A stretch of 64,000 bases of DNA from Octopus vulgaris (GCA_951406725.2 OX597832.1:32798001-32862000); one strand, 5' to 3'. Shown: positions 23,900-37,705, counted from the first letter of the stretch. Notes: generated by a model not told the origin, from the sequence alone. Program-made: numbers and translations.

Positions 23900-25030
23900 T
23901 ACCATTTTTTCAATATTATAAGATTTAATCCACGAAATTCTTGCCATTACAGAGCTGCATCCCATCTGGGCTGGATGTTTGCAATATCAATGAACTGCAA
24001 GCTAAATTTATTGAATGCAGTGGATGCCAGCAAACTTACAGGACAGAAACGTTTCTCTTGAATTCAATTGGATCTTTTTATCACATCTCACTTGAATGTG
24101 TTGCTGTGATGCATGTGCAACAGATAGTTCCAGTACTTTATTACAAAAAAGAGATTTCGAGGGTTCGAAGACACATTCGGTCTGCAAGAAATGGACATCC
24201 AATCTTGTGCTCATTGTTCATATTTTGTTAAAAGATGTTAAATTCTACGGACGCCATACACATGAACTGCATTAGTTAAGCGCTACGGTATTTCATCTGC
24301 TGAGCCTAGCAACATCACTAAAAATCTGAAGTATGAAGCATGAAGTATGGAAAAATTGAGAATGTTTGAATATTCTAAGCGAATCTTGTATTTCAGCATA
24401 TTAACTTTTGCAATGATGTGCAGGAAAAAGAACTAGGAATCTAAAAAATAATGCACACAGAAGGTACTAAAAGATTGCATAGATGAATAAATTAAATCAT
24501 TATATCAAATTGCTTCTTGACTATTCTTGACCAGAAAAAATTGTCAAATGAGATGTTTGATCCGACCTCCATTAAATAGGTCAAATATTCTTTGATTGCG
24601 TTTCCGATGTTTAACCTAATTTGTGAGGTAGAAATAATTCTTCTTATACATTGACACTGATTTATATACGAAGCTAAGTACTCAGTATATTTTAGATGGT
24701 TAACGAAGTAGTTTCTATGTTCTAAATCCTGGAACATCGCAGACATAAACTTAATTCTCCTCAGCTTGTGTCTTTCTTTCGCATAACTCGTAGGTGTTGC
24801 AGAACTGGTCAGAAAGATGCACAAAATTATGTGAATGTTGGCATTCTTGAAATGCTTCAATACTGCATCAAATTTGGAAAAGATAGGGGAAAAAATGCAG
24901 TATTCCGATCTTGCCCATCACAGTGTGTTTGCACTATATTTCATCAGGGGACTCTATCATCATGGTCGTCCTTTATGAAGGTGAAAAATTAGTTTGGCGC
25001 TCATTTGGTCGATTTGCAGAACGGTTTGAG
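23900..25030 (-). pseudogene. Possible highly decayed piggyBac-like transposase
   Basis: ORF 24492..24860(-): RHKLRRIKFMSAMF...NHLKYTEYLASYINQC...LMEVGSNISFDNFFWS resembles DKL..IR..., HLTIDEQL..YRGRC and GRNIT.DNFFTS in the right order, but with shortened spacing. Confidence 0.4.
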
Positions 25031-25174
25031 GCGTTGTCCAGATTTTCATTTCCTTATGTCTTCGACTAATGTATCTTCTGCAATTATTCTCCTCCAATTA
25101 CTTTTGCAGTTACTCTCATTCTCATCATCATCATCATCATCCGTGTCGTTCTTCTTCTTCTTCTTCTTCTTCTT

Positions 25175-25205
<31 letters not shown>

Positions 25206-25556
25206 TTCTTCTTCTTCTTCTTCTTCTTCTTCTTCTTCTTCTTCTTCTTCTTCTTCTTCTTCTTCTTCTTCTTCTTCTTCTTCTTCTTCTTCTTCTTCGT
25301 CGTCGTCGTCGTCGTCATGGCCCTTCCCCGCCATCGTCTACATTTTATGCTGCGGCGGCTACTACTACCAGCATTAGATTACCTCTTTCTCATTCTTTTC
25401 TTTCTCTTCCTTAAAATTATTCGATATTACCATTACCACCACCATCATCCTCATCACCGTTGGGTTCCTCGTCGTCTTCGTCATCGTCGTAATCGTTTTA
25501 ATTGTCATCCACTTCCCCGTCGTCGTCATCATCACCATCATTATCACCATCATCAC

Positions 25557-25589
<33 letters not shown>

Positions 25590-25601
25590 TATCGTCGTCA
25601 C

Positions 25602-25652
<51 letters not shown>

Positions 25653-25754
25653 GAACAGTTGCTGCAGCAGAAATATCAACACCACCCTCATAATTTGCCA
25701 TTGTCTTCTTCCTTACGTGTCATAGCAAATATTATAGTAGTAGTAGTAATAGTG

Positions 25755-25806
<52 letters not shown>

Positions 25807-26289
25807 CGTTGATAGTAGTGACAGTGGTATTGGTGCTGTCGGTGTGGGCGGTGTTCCATGTTGAGATGTTCCGGTTTTTGTTGTTGTTGTTGTTCCGTCC
25901 AGCATTGTTGTTGTAGGTAGTGTTGGCAGTGGTGGTGGCGATGGCGATGGTGGTGGCGTAAGCGGTGGTGGGGGTGGCGGTGGTGTTGGCGTAGGTGGCT
26001 ACGATAATCTGAGTCAGACGTATTAGGAATACAACAACAACAACAACAACAACAACCGCACACGGCATTTCAATCACTCTGGCTTCTAAGAATTCTCTAC
26101 AAGTACAGTTGTACTTTTAATGCCGTTCTAAGGACTTGGCATGTCCGTTGTCGGTTTTAAAACAGATTTTATGTTTCTTGAACTTTAAATAACGGTAGAT
26201 TTTCTGTAACAACATCGACGTTCATCGATTTGCGCCCCCACACCGCCATCTTGTACTACCATCGACTGACATAAGTGCATCATTATTTC

Positions 26290-26322
<33 letters not shown>

Positions 26323-26578
26323 TATTATTATTGTTGTTGTTGCTGTTTTTGTTGTTGTTGCTATTGTTGTTGTTGTCGTTGTTGCTGCTGTTTATAATAA
26401 TAATGTTTTAACAACGAAAATGCTTTAATATGCACGGAAATGTTAAAAATGATGAAGAGCATGGGTATGGTAAAAATGGTGATGGGGATGAGGGTGATAT
26501 TGGTGGCGACAATAGCAACAAGAACAACAACAACAACAACAACAACAACAGAACAACAAGAACAAGAACAACAACATC

Positions 26579-26641
<63 letters not shown>

Positions 26642-26646
<5 letters not shown>

Positions 26647-26826
26647 GGATAACAGTAGAAGTAGAGCTGCTACAGAAAGTTTGCATCTTAGGGCCAGCAA
26701 AGGTTATCAGGAGGTTTCTAAGCAATTGAAAGACAGCTAAAACATGTGGATACTTAAAGTTACAGGTAGTAACACGCTACCTGTATAAATCCTACCTGGA
26801 ATAAGATCGAACCTCAGCCAATCCAA
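26642..26826 (+). mobile_element. R4/Dong-type LINE extreme 3' end in (AAT)n
   Basis: KWITVEVELLQKVCILGPAKVIRRFLSN* matches the QK..LLGTA.I.R terminal motif. (AAT)n on both sides. Confidence 0.65.
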
Positions 26827-26881
<55 letters not shown>

Positions 26882-27294
26882 GGCGCAGGAGTGGCTGTGT
26901 GGTAAGTAGCTTGCTAACCAACCACATGGTTCCGGGTTCAGTCCCACTGCGTGGCCTCTTGGGCAAGTGTCTTCTGCTATAGCCCCGGGCCGACCAATGC
27001 CCTGTGAGTGGATTTGGTAGACGGAAACTGAAAGAAGCCTGTCGTATATATGTATATATATATATGTATGTGTGCGTGTGTGTCTGTGTTTGTCCCCCTA
27101 GCATTGCTTGACAACCGATGCTAGTGTGTTTACGTCTCCGTCACTTAGCGGTTCGGCAAAGAGACTAATAGAATAAGTACTGGGCTTACAAAGAATAAGT
27201 CCTGGGGTCGATTTGCTCGACTAAAGGCGGTGCTCCAGCATGGCCGCAGTCAAAATGACTGAAACAAGTAAAAGAGTTAAAGAGTAAAAGAGTA
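26882..27294 (+). mobile_element. tRNA-derived SINE family A, full length
   Basis: A box tggctgtgtgg, B box ggttcagtcc, central TA/TG tract, (aaagagta)n tail. Highly similar to 49301-49708. Confidence 0.9.
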
Positions 27295-27333
27295 ATAATA
27301 ATAATAATAATGATAATAATAATAATAATAAAT

Positions 27334-27879
27334 GCCCTGATGCAGTACCAGGCAGTGGCTCTCATGGCTTCTGATCTTAACTGATTGGAAGTGTTATCAT
27401 GTACATTGTTTTGTCTTGGTATAAAAGATGGGCTACAGCAAATATTCTGCTCAATACCACAGATTTGCTTGTCAGTTGTTTGACCTTAACCAGTTGAGCA
27501 TGTTCCTTAGTGGCTGACGATATGTGCATCTCTGATCACGAGCAGAAGTAGTGGGGGAGCATCATAGCCATGTGTTGAGAGGGATTCTTTGGGGTTTGAA
27601 TAATTCACCTCTGGAAACATGGGTGTTTCGTTCAACGTTAAACAACCCTTATTCAGGGACCTTCGAGTGGGATGGGTTACTCGACCTGAAGAAAATTCTA
27701 ACTGGGCCCCACCTGCAAGGTCATGTGCTGTTTATCTTGATATGAGATCACCATGTCGCGCACATATGGTTGTGATGCATGTGCCTAGTGTACCCTCATC
27801 AGACGGGTAGTCATGATGAGTATACAGGGCTTCGTATATTTTACCCCAGTGTTACTTTGATGGCATGCACTGCTCTCTC

Positions 27880-27880
<1 letters not shown>
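27334..27880 (+). mobile_element. 3' UTR-only (5'-truncated) copy of the R4/Dong-type LINE
   Basis: 27355-27540 is homologous to the reverse complement of 1-170, which lies directly 3' of the RLE ORF remnant. Bounded by (AAT)n. Confidence 0.7.
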
Positions 27881-27914
<34 letters not shown>

Positions 27915-28209
27915 AAATACTAAAATGACAACTGCTCACAAAAATTAGGCAAAAAAAAAACAGAAAAATAATCCAGAATCCTTTTCCATTACCGGATCGA
28001 TCCCAATATCTAATCAGTTTGTGCCAGTTACGAAAACACTATAAGATCTGGTCCGAGATGAGGGTGGGGACTCTTGTCGGGTGGAGCATGGGATATGAAA
28101 CGGTTCCGAGAGGTGGCCATTTACTTCTGTCATTGACCACGCATTACCTCGCAAAGGACTTCACATTCCTATCGGAGAGAGCTCCTTGATTTTATCTGTC
28201 ACCATAACG

Positions 28210-28348
28210 TGTTCAACTGGTACTTATTCATCCACCCAGAAAGGAGGAAATACAAAGTCGGCCTCGGCGGAATTTGAACCCAGAAAGTAAAGACAGACGA
28301 AAGACCGCGGAGCATTTCGCCCGGCCTGCTAACGATTCTGCCAGCTCG
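28210..28348 (-). mobile_element. SINE family B, partial
   Basis: caaagtcggcctcggcggaatttgaac..agcatttcgcccggc..ctaacgattctgccagctcg is the reverse complement of 44421-44560. Confidence 0.8.
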
Positions 28349-28744
28349 ATGCCTTCAGATTTCGCAAAATATAGTAACTGTGTCTGATTACTATAAATAT
28401 TTGCTTCATCAAACGTTTTAAGGTAGCAAGTTTTATCCATGAATAATAGATATGGACACAATGATGATGTTTATCTATTTATTTATTCATTAACTTGCTT
28501 TGAAAGTCTGATTAATACTCAATCATAAAAATAACTTTCGCACAGTTTGCTTCAACTTTCTTTTATAATAAATATTTTGCAGAACGTTGACAAGAAGTGC
28601 GCGTAACATTCGCTTTCTTTCTTGAATTGTGCGCAAAATTAGGGAACTCTTCATATTATTCCAAATGCTCTTAGCATTCTAGTTAAAAGTTCCACAACCA
28701 ATGGCAATTACCATAACATGAACAATAGAATAAAAGGTGAAGGG

Positions 28745-29330
28745 CGTCATGCATGTGTGATAGGAGGGCAGCAGCCAAAGGGGACAGGATGCGGTCAAAT
28801 ATTTTGAGATGTTTTCTGTGCAGGCGGAAACAATGGGGCAGCCTGGATTGTTGGGTTTATGTATTTTGGGAAGGAAATAAATGGTTGAGGTACAGGATGT
28901 TCGGTCGATGAAGGCGGTGGAGGTGGGAGGAGGGCAGGAGAGTAGACGAGGTTATGGATGGTGTAGGACAGGACACGTGCTGTTGGTAGGAGGAGGTGGA
29001 GTCGGAGGGGGGAGATGATAGGTAAGGAGATTTCGAAGCTGGCTGAGCGCTTCCGCCCAGTATAGGTTCGTGCGCCACACCACCATTGCTCCATTTTGTC
29101 TGCTGGGTTGACGACGATGTCAATGCGGCGACGTAGATTGCGAAGGGCGATCGATTCAGCCTGAGGAATATTTTTTTGAAATTGAATCGGTCAACTAGTA
29201 CTGTAAAGTCGTGCACGACCAAGTCTATGCTACTGAACTGATCTACAGGTGGCATCCAATTGGATGGGCAGCACCCCAGCACAGAGAAGCAATTCTGATT
29301 GGCGTGATGTTGTGTGGACGTGTGGAAAAA
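28745..29330 (-). mobile_element. Penelope-like reverse transcriptase N-terminal fragment, frameshifted
   Basis: Combining minus frames gives RRRIDIVVNPADK-GAMVVWRTNLYWAEALSQL...DSTSSYQQHVS.TIHNLV...TIYFLPKIHKPNNPGCPIVSAC, the PLE RT motifs ADKG and LPKIHK..PGRPIVS. Confidence 0.8.
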
Positions 29331-30088
29331 CGAGCGTAGTTTAATGCACACACGTATTTTGATACGTATGTGTATGCGTGGGTAATGCATGTATATAGTA
29401 TATATGCATGTATATATAGAGAGATTTTTAGAGATAAGTATACACTCTAACATACATACATACGTACATACATACATACATACATACATGTACACACACA
29501 CATTCAAGCCATATTTTCAAGCCATCATGCTTAAGAAATAATACCACAGGGAAATTCATAAATAAAACAAACAAACAGTAACAAACGCACTAATGAATGG
29601 TTCCAAGCGAAATTCTATAATTGTCATATTTATTTATTTGTTGTATTCCTGCAAATTTGCCATCGATTTAGAGCTTCGTTGTGAAGTGAGGCATACGACA
29701 ATCGACCTTAAGTTAAACTTAAACAGACTTGTCACAATACAACGAAATGTAGTTATTTATGAAACTAAAACATTATAGGAAGGAAATGAATGATATTGGT
29801 AGAAATATATGTCTTCGTATTATACCTCATTAATTAGACACGAAATCATTAATATGCCACAGAATTCCATACAATGTGTTATTAATATTTTATTAATATC
29901 CAGTATATTTTTAGAGAAATTTGTAAAGTACATTCAACTTGTACTTTGCACAAATCAGTTGATGTGGCGTGTCCCATGTATTATCAGTTGCATGACGTCA
30001 TAAAAAACTATTGTACAATATGCTTCACCCTGCATTGATTACTGGTGTGTTACTTATCACAGCAGTTCTTGTAGTAGTAGTAGTAGTG

Positions 30089-30161
<73 letters not shown>

Positions 30162-30347
30162 CAGCAGCAGTAGTTGTAGTTATTATACTTCTCTTGCTTG
30201 TCTTGGCTGATACGCTGAGAGCGGACAGCGGCCTGTTGCCAGAGGTTTCACGGTGTCTCTTTCCGCTCATTATAATCTTTGATAATCGGTTACTAATTAT
30301 CTTGGTCAACATCCCAGTAGAGCAGCTGTTTTAGGTTGCTCTGCCCT

Positions 30348-30412
<65 letters not shown>

Positions 30413-31039
30413 GTACATACACACAAGTATAAACCTATATTGTCATTGTTTCTACAAGGTGACTCTAAGTCTTAACCATGGATCTCATTATTACCATTTT
30501 TATCATTATTATTACTATTATTATTTTTATTGATTGATTGATTTCGCTATTGCGCCCGAGCAAAATTGCTTATGTGAACTCATGTGAAGTACTTTGGTAG
30601 GGTTCCCTTACCACTCAAACCGCTAGCGTCCTCTTGCTCTTCTAATCATTTACAGCATGTGGTGATCGTCTCATTTCATCTTTTCTCTTTCCATTATATT
30701 TTCCCTCTCGACAATAATGTCTATGGAAGTGCAAATGGTTAAAACGTAAACGTATTCTTTTAACTTCCCCGACTGGAAATTGAATGTGCCATGACTGGTT
30801 CTTGTAATCTCAGACGATGAGTATATGTGTATATTAATGTGAGTATTTGTGTGTGTGCGTATGTGTGTGTGTCTGCGTGTGAAGCTCGCTTAGCAAAGAA
30901 ACGTGGTTCCCGTTTCTGTCCTCTGCACATATCACGAACGAATGCCCTAGACTTGTCCCAAACCACTGCAAGTTGTGGCGTCACAAGAGTGCTTAATAAT
31001 CGACGTAGCAGTGCCGGGTAATCAAAATGTATTTTCATG

Positions 31040-31320
31040 TAAAAAGAGACAAAAAATTGAGATATAAGATGTAGCAGCTACGAGAGTTAAACATAGAGAT
31101 TGTCCCTATTGTTATCGGAGCATTGGGTTTAATAACTGCCAACCTGAAAAAGACATGTGGCAACTTTGGAAATACACTACATTCTAGGTATATTGCAAAA
31201 CCCGGCATTACTTAGAACTACATGCATATTGCATAAAGTAATGTCTGTCTGAGGTCCTTGTTGTGACTTGACAAACAGTACAAACCCCGGTTGGACACAA
31301 AAAAGTCAATGAACAACATT
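31040..31320 (+). mobile_element. R4/Dong-type LINE 3' end, decayed
   Basis: IVPIVIGALGLITANL...LGILQ..ALL.T.CILHKVMSV* followed by a short UTR. Confidence 0.65.
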
Positions 31321-31435
31321 ACGATATTGGATAGTGTGCAACATCTTAAAAAAATAATACTAGATATATATTAATATATATGTACATACACAGATAAAGA
31401 GAAGAGACGAGCATAGTTACAAGCAAATTAGTAGA

Positions 31436-31495
<60 letters not shown>

Positions 31496-31588
31496 ATGTG
31501 TATACAAATGTATATATGTGTATGTGTATACAAATGTATATTTAGTAGAATATATATACATATATGTGTGTGTGTGTGTATACAAATG

Positions 31589-31652
<64 letters not shown>

Positions 31653-32756
31653 TGGAATGAAGTGAGTAAGCCATTTTACTACATCAATTTACAATTGTTT
31701 CATCTTGATTCAATAAAATATAAATTTATAGGTTATATAAAACATTAATATCTATTTATGAGGGGGAAAAAGATATAAAATGTTGTCGATATCAGAATTG
31801 ATAACAAAATGATAATTAATTATCACGACTGAAATAATTTTTCTTTCTTCCTGAAATAAATTCTCGTCAATGATTTGTAGTATGCGTGATTATGTGAACA
31901 CGCCCAGTTCGGATTGACTATTTATTTAGTTACTTCAGCACATTATTCTATACGCAACTGTGACGAATCTTGTTCAGCATGTGTTATTATCAATATTATT
32001 AGAGAAAGAGAGAGAGAGAGAGAAATACATATTCATATCTCATAACTGTTCATACATAATACATACATACATGCATACATACATGCATACATACATATAT
32101 ATATCTGTGTGGATTTGTCCATCAGTCAAAATGTTTTATAAATCTTTACTTCTGCGATTGATATATACAAATATTTCCGTAGCATACTAATATCGATTCA
32201 TCTGGAATTTTGACTGTTCTGTTTGAAAATTATAACATTTGGATGTTTGGAAATTAGTATATTTGCATAATTGCATTTTTATGTTTGTATATTTAAATAT
32301 TAAATTAAGGTTATTTGAAAATTAGATTAAAGTTTAAGAATATCAAGCGTATATTCAAAGTCTGTGTGACCTGCTGTTCATATCGCCATATTAGTTTGCA
32401 TAAACTTTAATGAGTCCTACTATGAGGGTATGAATTAATTTGCAAATAAAATTTTAATTTCTTATGAGCAATCATCTGCCTTCATTCGACTATGCATAAA
32501 TCTATTACTCTGTGTGTTCACATATAAATATTTGTGTGTATGAAGATTAGAAGCATATACACACACGCACATACGCAACAAACGCACATGTATATGAATA
32601 CATATATATATGAATACAAATGTATATACATACACACAAATATATATGTATATGCACAAATAGCATTATTTGCATATAAATATATTCATATAAATATATA
32701 TGCATAAAAACATATATTTGTGCATATAAATACACATACATACATATATATTTATA

Positions 32757-32931
32757 TTAAGTATATAATTATAAAACTATAATTATAATTAAGGGCGCTG
32801 GAATGTCAACGCCTATACGCTAGAAGTAGATGTCAAATGTCTACAATCCGCTCTAAATTTCTTCTCTATTTCAATAGATTTCGCATTACAGCGCCTTTAT
32901 CATAATTATATTATTGTAATTATATACTTAA
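32757..32931. repeat. Imperfect inverted repeat (~48-bp arms, ~78-bp spacer)
   Basis: ttaagtatataattataaaactataattataattaagggcgctggaatg versus the reverse complement of cattacagcgcctttatcataattatattattgtaattatatacttaa. Confidence 0.7.
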
Positions 32932-33045
32932 AAATTAATTTTACCGATAAGTTGGTATTTTATGATCTTTACCTTTTGACCAACAGATTTTAAAAATATT
33001 TTATATGCTAACCACTGATACAATCATTTTAATGATTATATCCTC

Positions 33046-33130
<85 letters not shown>

Positions 33131-33309
33131 GAGAGAGAGAGATACATACATACACACACATATATTTATATTTATATTTAATGCACAATATATGGCATTT
33201 GAGATATGTTGTCGAACTCACAAGGGTACCTCTACCCTGGGTCAGGCTACAAAGCGCATAGTAATCCTAAACCAACGGGTGTATAGTTCTACGCAGTTGT
33301 AATACATAT

Positions 33310-33630
33310 GACGACTCGGTGATTAGAGCGTCGCGGTCAGGATCATGAGGTTATGAGTTCCATTGCCGAACAAGGTTGTGTGTTGTGTTCTTGAGCAAGA
33401 CACTTTATTTTATGTTGCTGCAGTCCACTCAGCTGTAGAAATGTGTTGCGACGTCACAGGTGCCAAGCTGTATCAGCCTTTGCCTTTCCCTTGGATAACA
33501 CCGACGGCATGGAGCGGGGAGTCTGGTATGGGCAACTGTCGGATTTCCATAAACAACCTTCTCGAACTTGCACCTCGCAGGGGAGCTTTCTAGGTGCAGT
33601 TGATGCAGGTGATGACCGAAGAGGGTCTTT
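33310..33630 (+). mobile_element. tRNA-derived SINE (family D)
   Basis: tRNA-like head, then ttgagcaagacactttattttatgttgctgcagtccactcagctgtagaaatg; similar to 9700-9750. Confidence 0.7.
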
Positions 33631-33679
33631 ACACATTTTACTTATAATATTGATTCCATATATTGGTACAAGCCAGCAA

Positions 33680-33860
33680 TTTCGGTGGAGCGAGTCAGTG
33701 TACATATTGGACTCCAGTGTTCAAATGGTACACATTTTATCGACCCAAAGGATGAAAGGCAAGGTCGACCTCGGCGGAATTTTTAACTCAAAACACAAGG
33801 ACCGACGATATCCGCAAAGCATTCTGCCTGGCCTACTATCAATTCTGCCAGTATGCCACC
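33680..33860 (-). mobile_element. SINE family B
   Basis: ttttatcgacccaaaggatgaaaggcaaggtcgacctcggcggaatt. Confidence 0.8.
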
Positions 33861-34027
33861 TTAGAAGTATGCCACCTTATAATGATGCGACAGTAATTTT
33901 AATTTTTATATGTGTTTGAGCTTTGTGTCACTTATTAACTGCCAGTTAGTCGGTAATTCAGTGGTTGGTCTACCAGTGCGTCGTAGCATTACTTGTTATG
34001 TTATAAAGATCATATTTCATTATGTCA

Positions 34028-34093
34028 TGTATGTATGTATGTATGTTGCATGCATGTATGTATGTATGTATGTATGTATGTATGTATGTATGC

Positions 34094-34124
<31 letters not shown>

Positions 34125-34321
34125 TGTATGTATGTATGTATGTATGTATGTATGTATGTATGTATGTATGTATGTATGTATGTATGTATGTATGTATGTA
34201 TGTATGTATGTATGTATGTATGTATGTATGCATGCATGTATGTATGTATGTATGTATGTATGTATGCATGCATGCATGTATGTATGTATGTATGTATGTA
34301 TGTATGCATGCATGTATGTAT
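34028..34321. repeat. (TATG)n microsatellite
   Basis: Directly visible. Confidence 0.95.
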
Positions 34322-34600
34322 ATACACAAACAACTATTGTACTAGAAGGAATTACGTCTAAAGTAAAAAAAAAAGCAATGGAATTTACTAACGAATCTAT
34401 TTGAAGCTGAATGAAGAATTTACCGATGTCTTTTATTGTCACTAAGCATGGCTTAATACTCTGCGACACATTGGTGATATTCTTCAACTCATTAAGAGAC
34501 TTTTCATAATTATATTATTTACAATAGTACTACTGAAACCAATTATCACTTCGGCAATGTGAATGTGTGAAGAGAAGCAGAGCTGAATTGACACCCACAC

Positions 34601-34634
<34 letters not shown>

Positions 34635-35062
34635 CACCCACACGTATATATGTCTATGTGTAAAAACATAGAAGCGAGCACAGGTTTAGACAGACGTAAA
34701 ACTACGTTATACTCACTATAGAGATGCAAATGCATGTGTATGTATATATTTTGAGCAGAAATATATATAGATATATATATATACACTCACACACACACAC
34801 ACACGTGCGTGTGCATATGTGCATCCGTGTGTATGGATGTTTAGATACGAGTATATGTTAATATATAAGTACGTACCTAAAGATAAAGAGAAGAGATGTA
34901 CATAGCTACAAGCAAATTAGTAGAATATATACGTATGCTCATGCCCTGGAGTATATGTATGTATGTGCGTGTGTGTGTGTGTGTGTCTGTGAGATATGAA
35001 TACATACATATATATCTGTATATATATGTATATATATGTATATATATGTATATATATATATG

Positions 35063-35113
<51 letters not shown>

Positions 35114-35132
35114 ACATATACATACATATACA

Positions 35133-35172
<40 letters not shown>

Positions 35173-35360
35173 AATACATACACGCGTACATCTGTATGCA
35201 TTTATACGCACATATATACGTTGGTGATATCGTGATACAATCATATATGTATGTGTTTATTATAAATATAAACACATATTACACACGTACATATGTGAAT
35301 GAGTATTTCTAGACGCATATATATATATATATATATGCATAGAGAGAGAATGTGAGCGAG

Positions 35361-35400
<40 letters not shown>

Positions 35401-35844
35401 CGGCAGAGAGACATACACTTGCACATTCATACAAGCATTCCCATTGACAGATGCAAATGAGTGAGCTCTTGTAAAATTCTTCACTAAACAATATTTTCTG
35501 GCATCAATTTAAATTCACAGAAAAACTTCTCCCGTCATTATATCGTTAATTACACATGAAATGACTAATTAGCTCTGACGTACAGTATAGTCGAACATAA
35601 GCATCTCATTAGTTAATTAGCGATATATATGCATACACACACACTAATGCACACACACACCTATACTTGCACACGGATATATATGTATATGTATAAGTCT
35701 ATACATTCAGGCACATACACTAAGTCGCATACTACATGCGATATACATGTCTGTATCTCTGTGTATACAATTATGTGTACATATTCGTTTGTGTGTCTGT
35801 GTATGTGGTGCGAACAAATGTATGCGTGTATATATGTATGTATC

Positions 35845-36196
35845 GTGACACTCTGTCGGTTCCCGTTGATCCGATCAACGGAACAGTCTGCTCGGGAGAT
35901 TAACGTGCAAGTGGCTGAGCACTCCACAGACACGTGTACCGTTAGCGTAGTTCGCAGGGAGATTCAGCGTGACACAAAGTGTGACAAGGCTTGCCCTTTT
36001 TAAATTCAGGTACGACAGAAACAGGAAGAAGGAGTGAGAGAATGTTGTGGTGCAAGAGTGCAGCAGGGTTTGCTGCCAGCCCTGCCGGAGCCTCGTCGAG
36101 ATTTAGGTGTTTTCGCTCAATAAATACTCACAACGCTCGGTCAGGGATCGAAACAGTGAGCCCGCTGTCCTAACCACTGGGCCATTGCGCCTCCAC
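35845..36196 (-). mobile_element. tRNA-derived SINE family C, near full length
   Basis: Minus strand starts ggaggcgcaatggcccagtggttagg (A box)...gtttcgatccc (B box). Same head as 39067. Confidence 0.85.
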
Positions 36197-36575
36197 ACAC
36201 ACACACACACATATATATATGTATGTACGAATGTATGTATTTATGTATGTATATATAAAATCACTTGGAATATTCGTTTATAAAATACACTGAACAAGGC
36301 GTTGTGCTTCAAACTTCAATACACTGGAAGAACTAAGCTGAATTTTCAAATGTAAAGTTGCATTGCCCGGGTAGGTCTATCAACTTAGAAGATGCATCAT
36401 ACATCGAAGAAAGGGTTATTATCAAAGAAATTATTGTCTTCGAACAGAATGGTAGTTATTTGAAATATATTCCATCACGGATACCTCGGATAGCACGTTT
36501 TTGATAAATTTCTAAGGTCTCTTCAGATAAATGTACGAATCTTTACAGAGAAGACGCGAAATAACTGCAGTGACG

Positions 36576-36624
<49 letters not shown>

Positions 36625-36645
36625 GCGCACACAGACAGACAGACA

Positions 36646-36690
<45 letters not shown>

Positions 36691-37039
36691 ATAAGCACAC
36701 ATATAAGATCTAGCAGACACGTAAGATCTAGCAACAAGATACGCGATTGAAAGCTTTACGAAGCAGCGAAGTGGAAGATACTGTTTAGTAACAAAGGTCC
36801 GCCGTCTCTTCAGAGCAATGACGCATTTCTGTTGCGAATTATCGTTGAAAGGCCTTTAATATTTCAGTACCTTGACAAAATTCCTGAGGGAATTCGAGAT
36901 TAATGAGGAGAAGATATGGATGTGCTCAAAAACAATTAACCACATATATATTTCGGGATGAACCCTGATGGACCCATATCACGCAAGAAACCTAATGAAG
37001 AGCAAATCTGTGATTCCTCGCTTCTTTGGGCAGAAGACT

Positions 37040-37228
37040 AGAAATTCTAGGGAGAGATAAGTCTATCAAATCGGCTGCAGCATTCAATTGGTTCTTATTT
37101 CGTCAACCACAAATGGATGAAAGGTGTCGTCAACCTCGGTGAAATTTCAAGTCGGAATGTAAATTGCCGGAAGAAATGCTGGGTGGTAATTTGTCCGATG
37201 CAATAGCGATTCAGGCAGTTCGCCACCA
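37040..37228 (-). mobile_element. SINE family B, diverged
   Basis: ggatgaaaggtgtcgtcaacctcggtgaaatt..gcagttcgccacc. Confidence 0.65.
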
Positions 37229-37315
37229 TGATGATGATGATGGTGATGGTTATGATGGTGGTGGTGATGATGTAGAGGAGGAGGATAACAAATGGGAAGA
37301 TTAGAGAATGAAGAG

Positions 37316-37469
<154 letters not shown>

Positions 37470-37705
37470 ACAGCAGCAGCAGGGAGTGAGGAGAGGATCA
37501 GAAGCAGCAGTTGCAGTAGGATGAAGCGGGTGAACGATCGAAGGCATCCCAAACACGAGCACCGAGATTCCTAGGAGGACACCGGGCAACGTGGCTGCGG
37601 ATAGGACAAAGAGAGTAGAGCACCTTTGATAAAATGTCTTGAAATGTCTATCAAAGATGGTGATAGAATATACATACATATAAAAATACATACCCTCACC
37701 CCACA

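Noticed and set aside
25005-25916. 303-aa ORF with poly-F/H/V, and the many YI/HT/CV ORFs across the window
   Set aside because: Stop-free microsatellite translations.
26882-26955. tRNA gene candidates at SINE heads (also 36125-36196, 39067-39140, 44421-44510)
   Set aside because: They have A/B boxes but no complete cloverleaf and continue into shared SINE bodies.
27770-27808. Minus-strand CTGATGAG in the LINE 3' UTR; also CTGATGA at 49083
   Set aside because: No helix II closed by GAAA.
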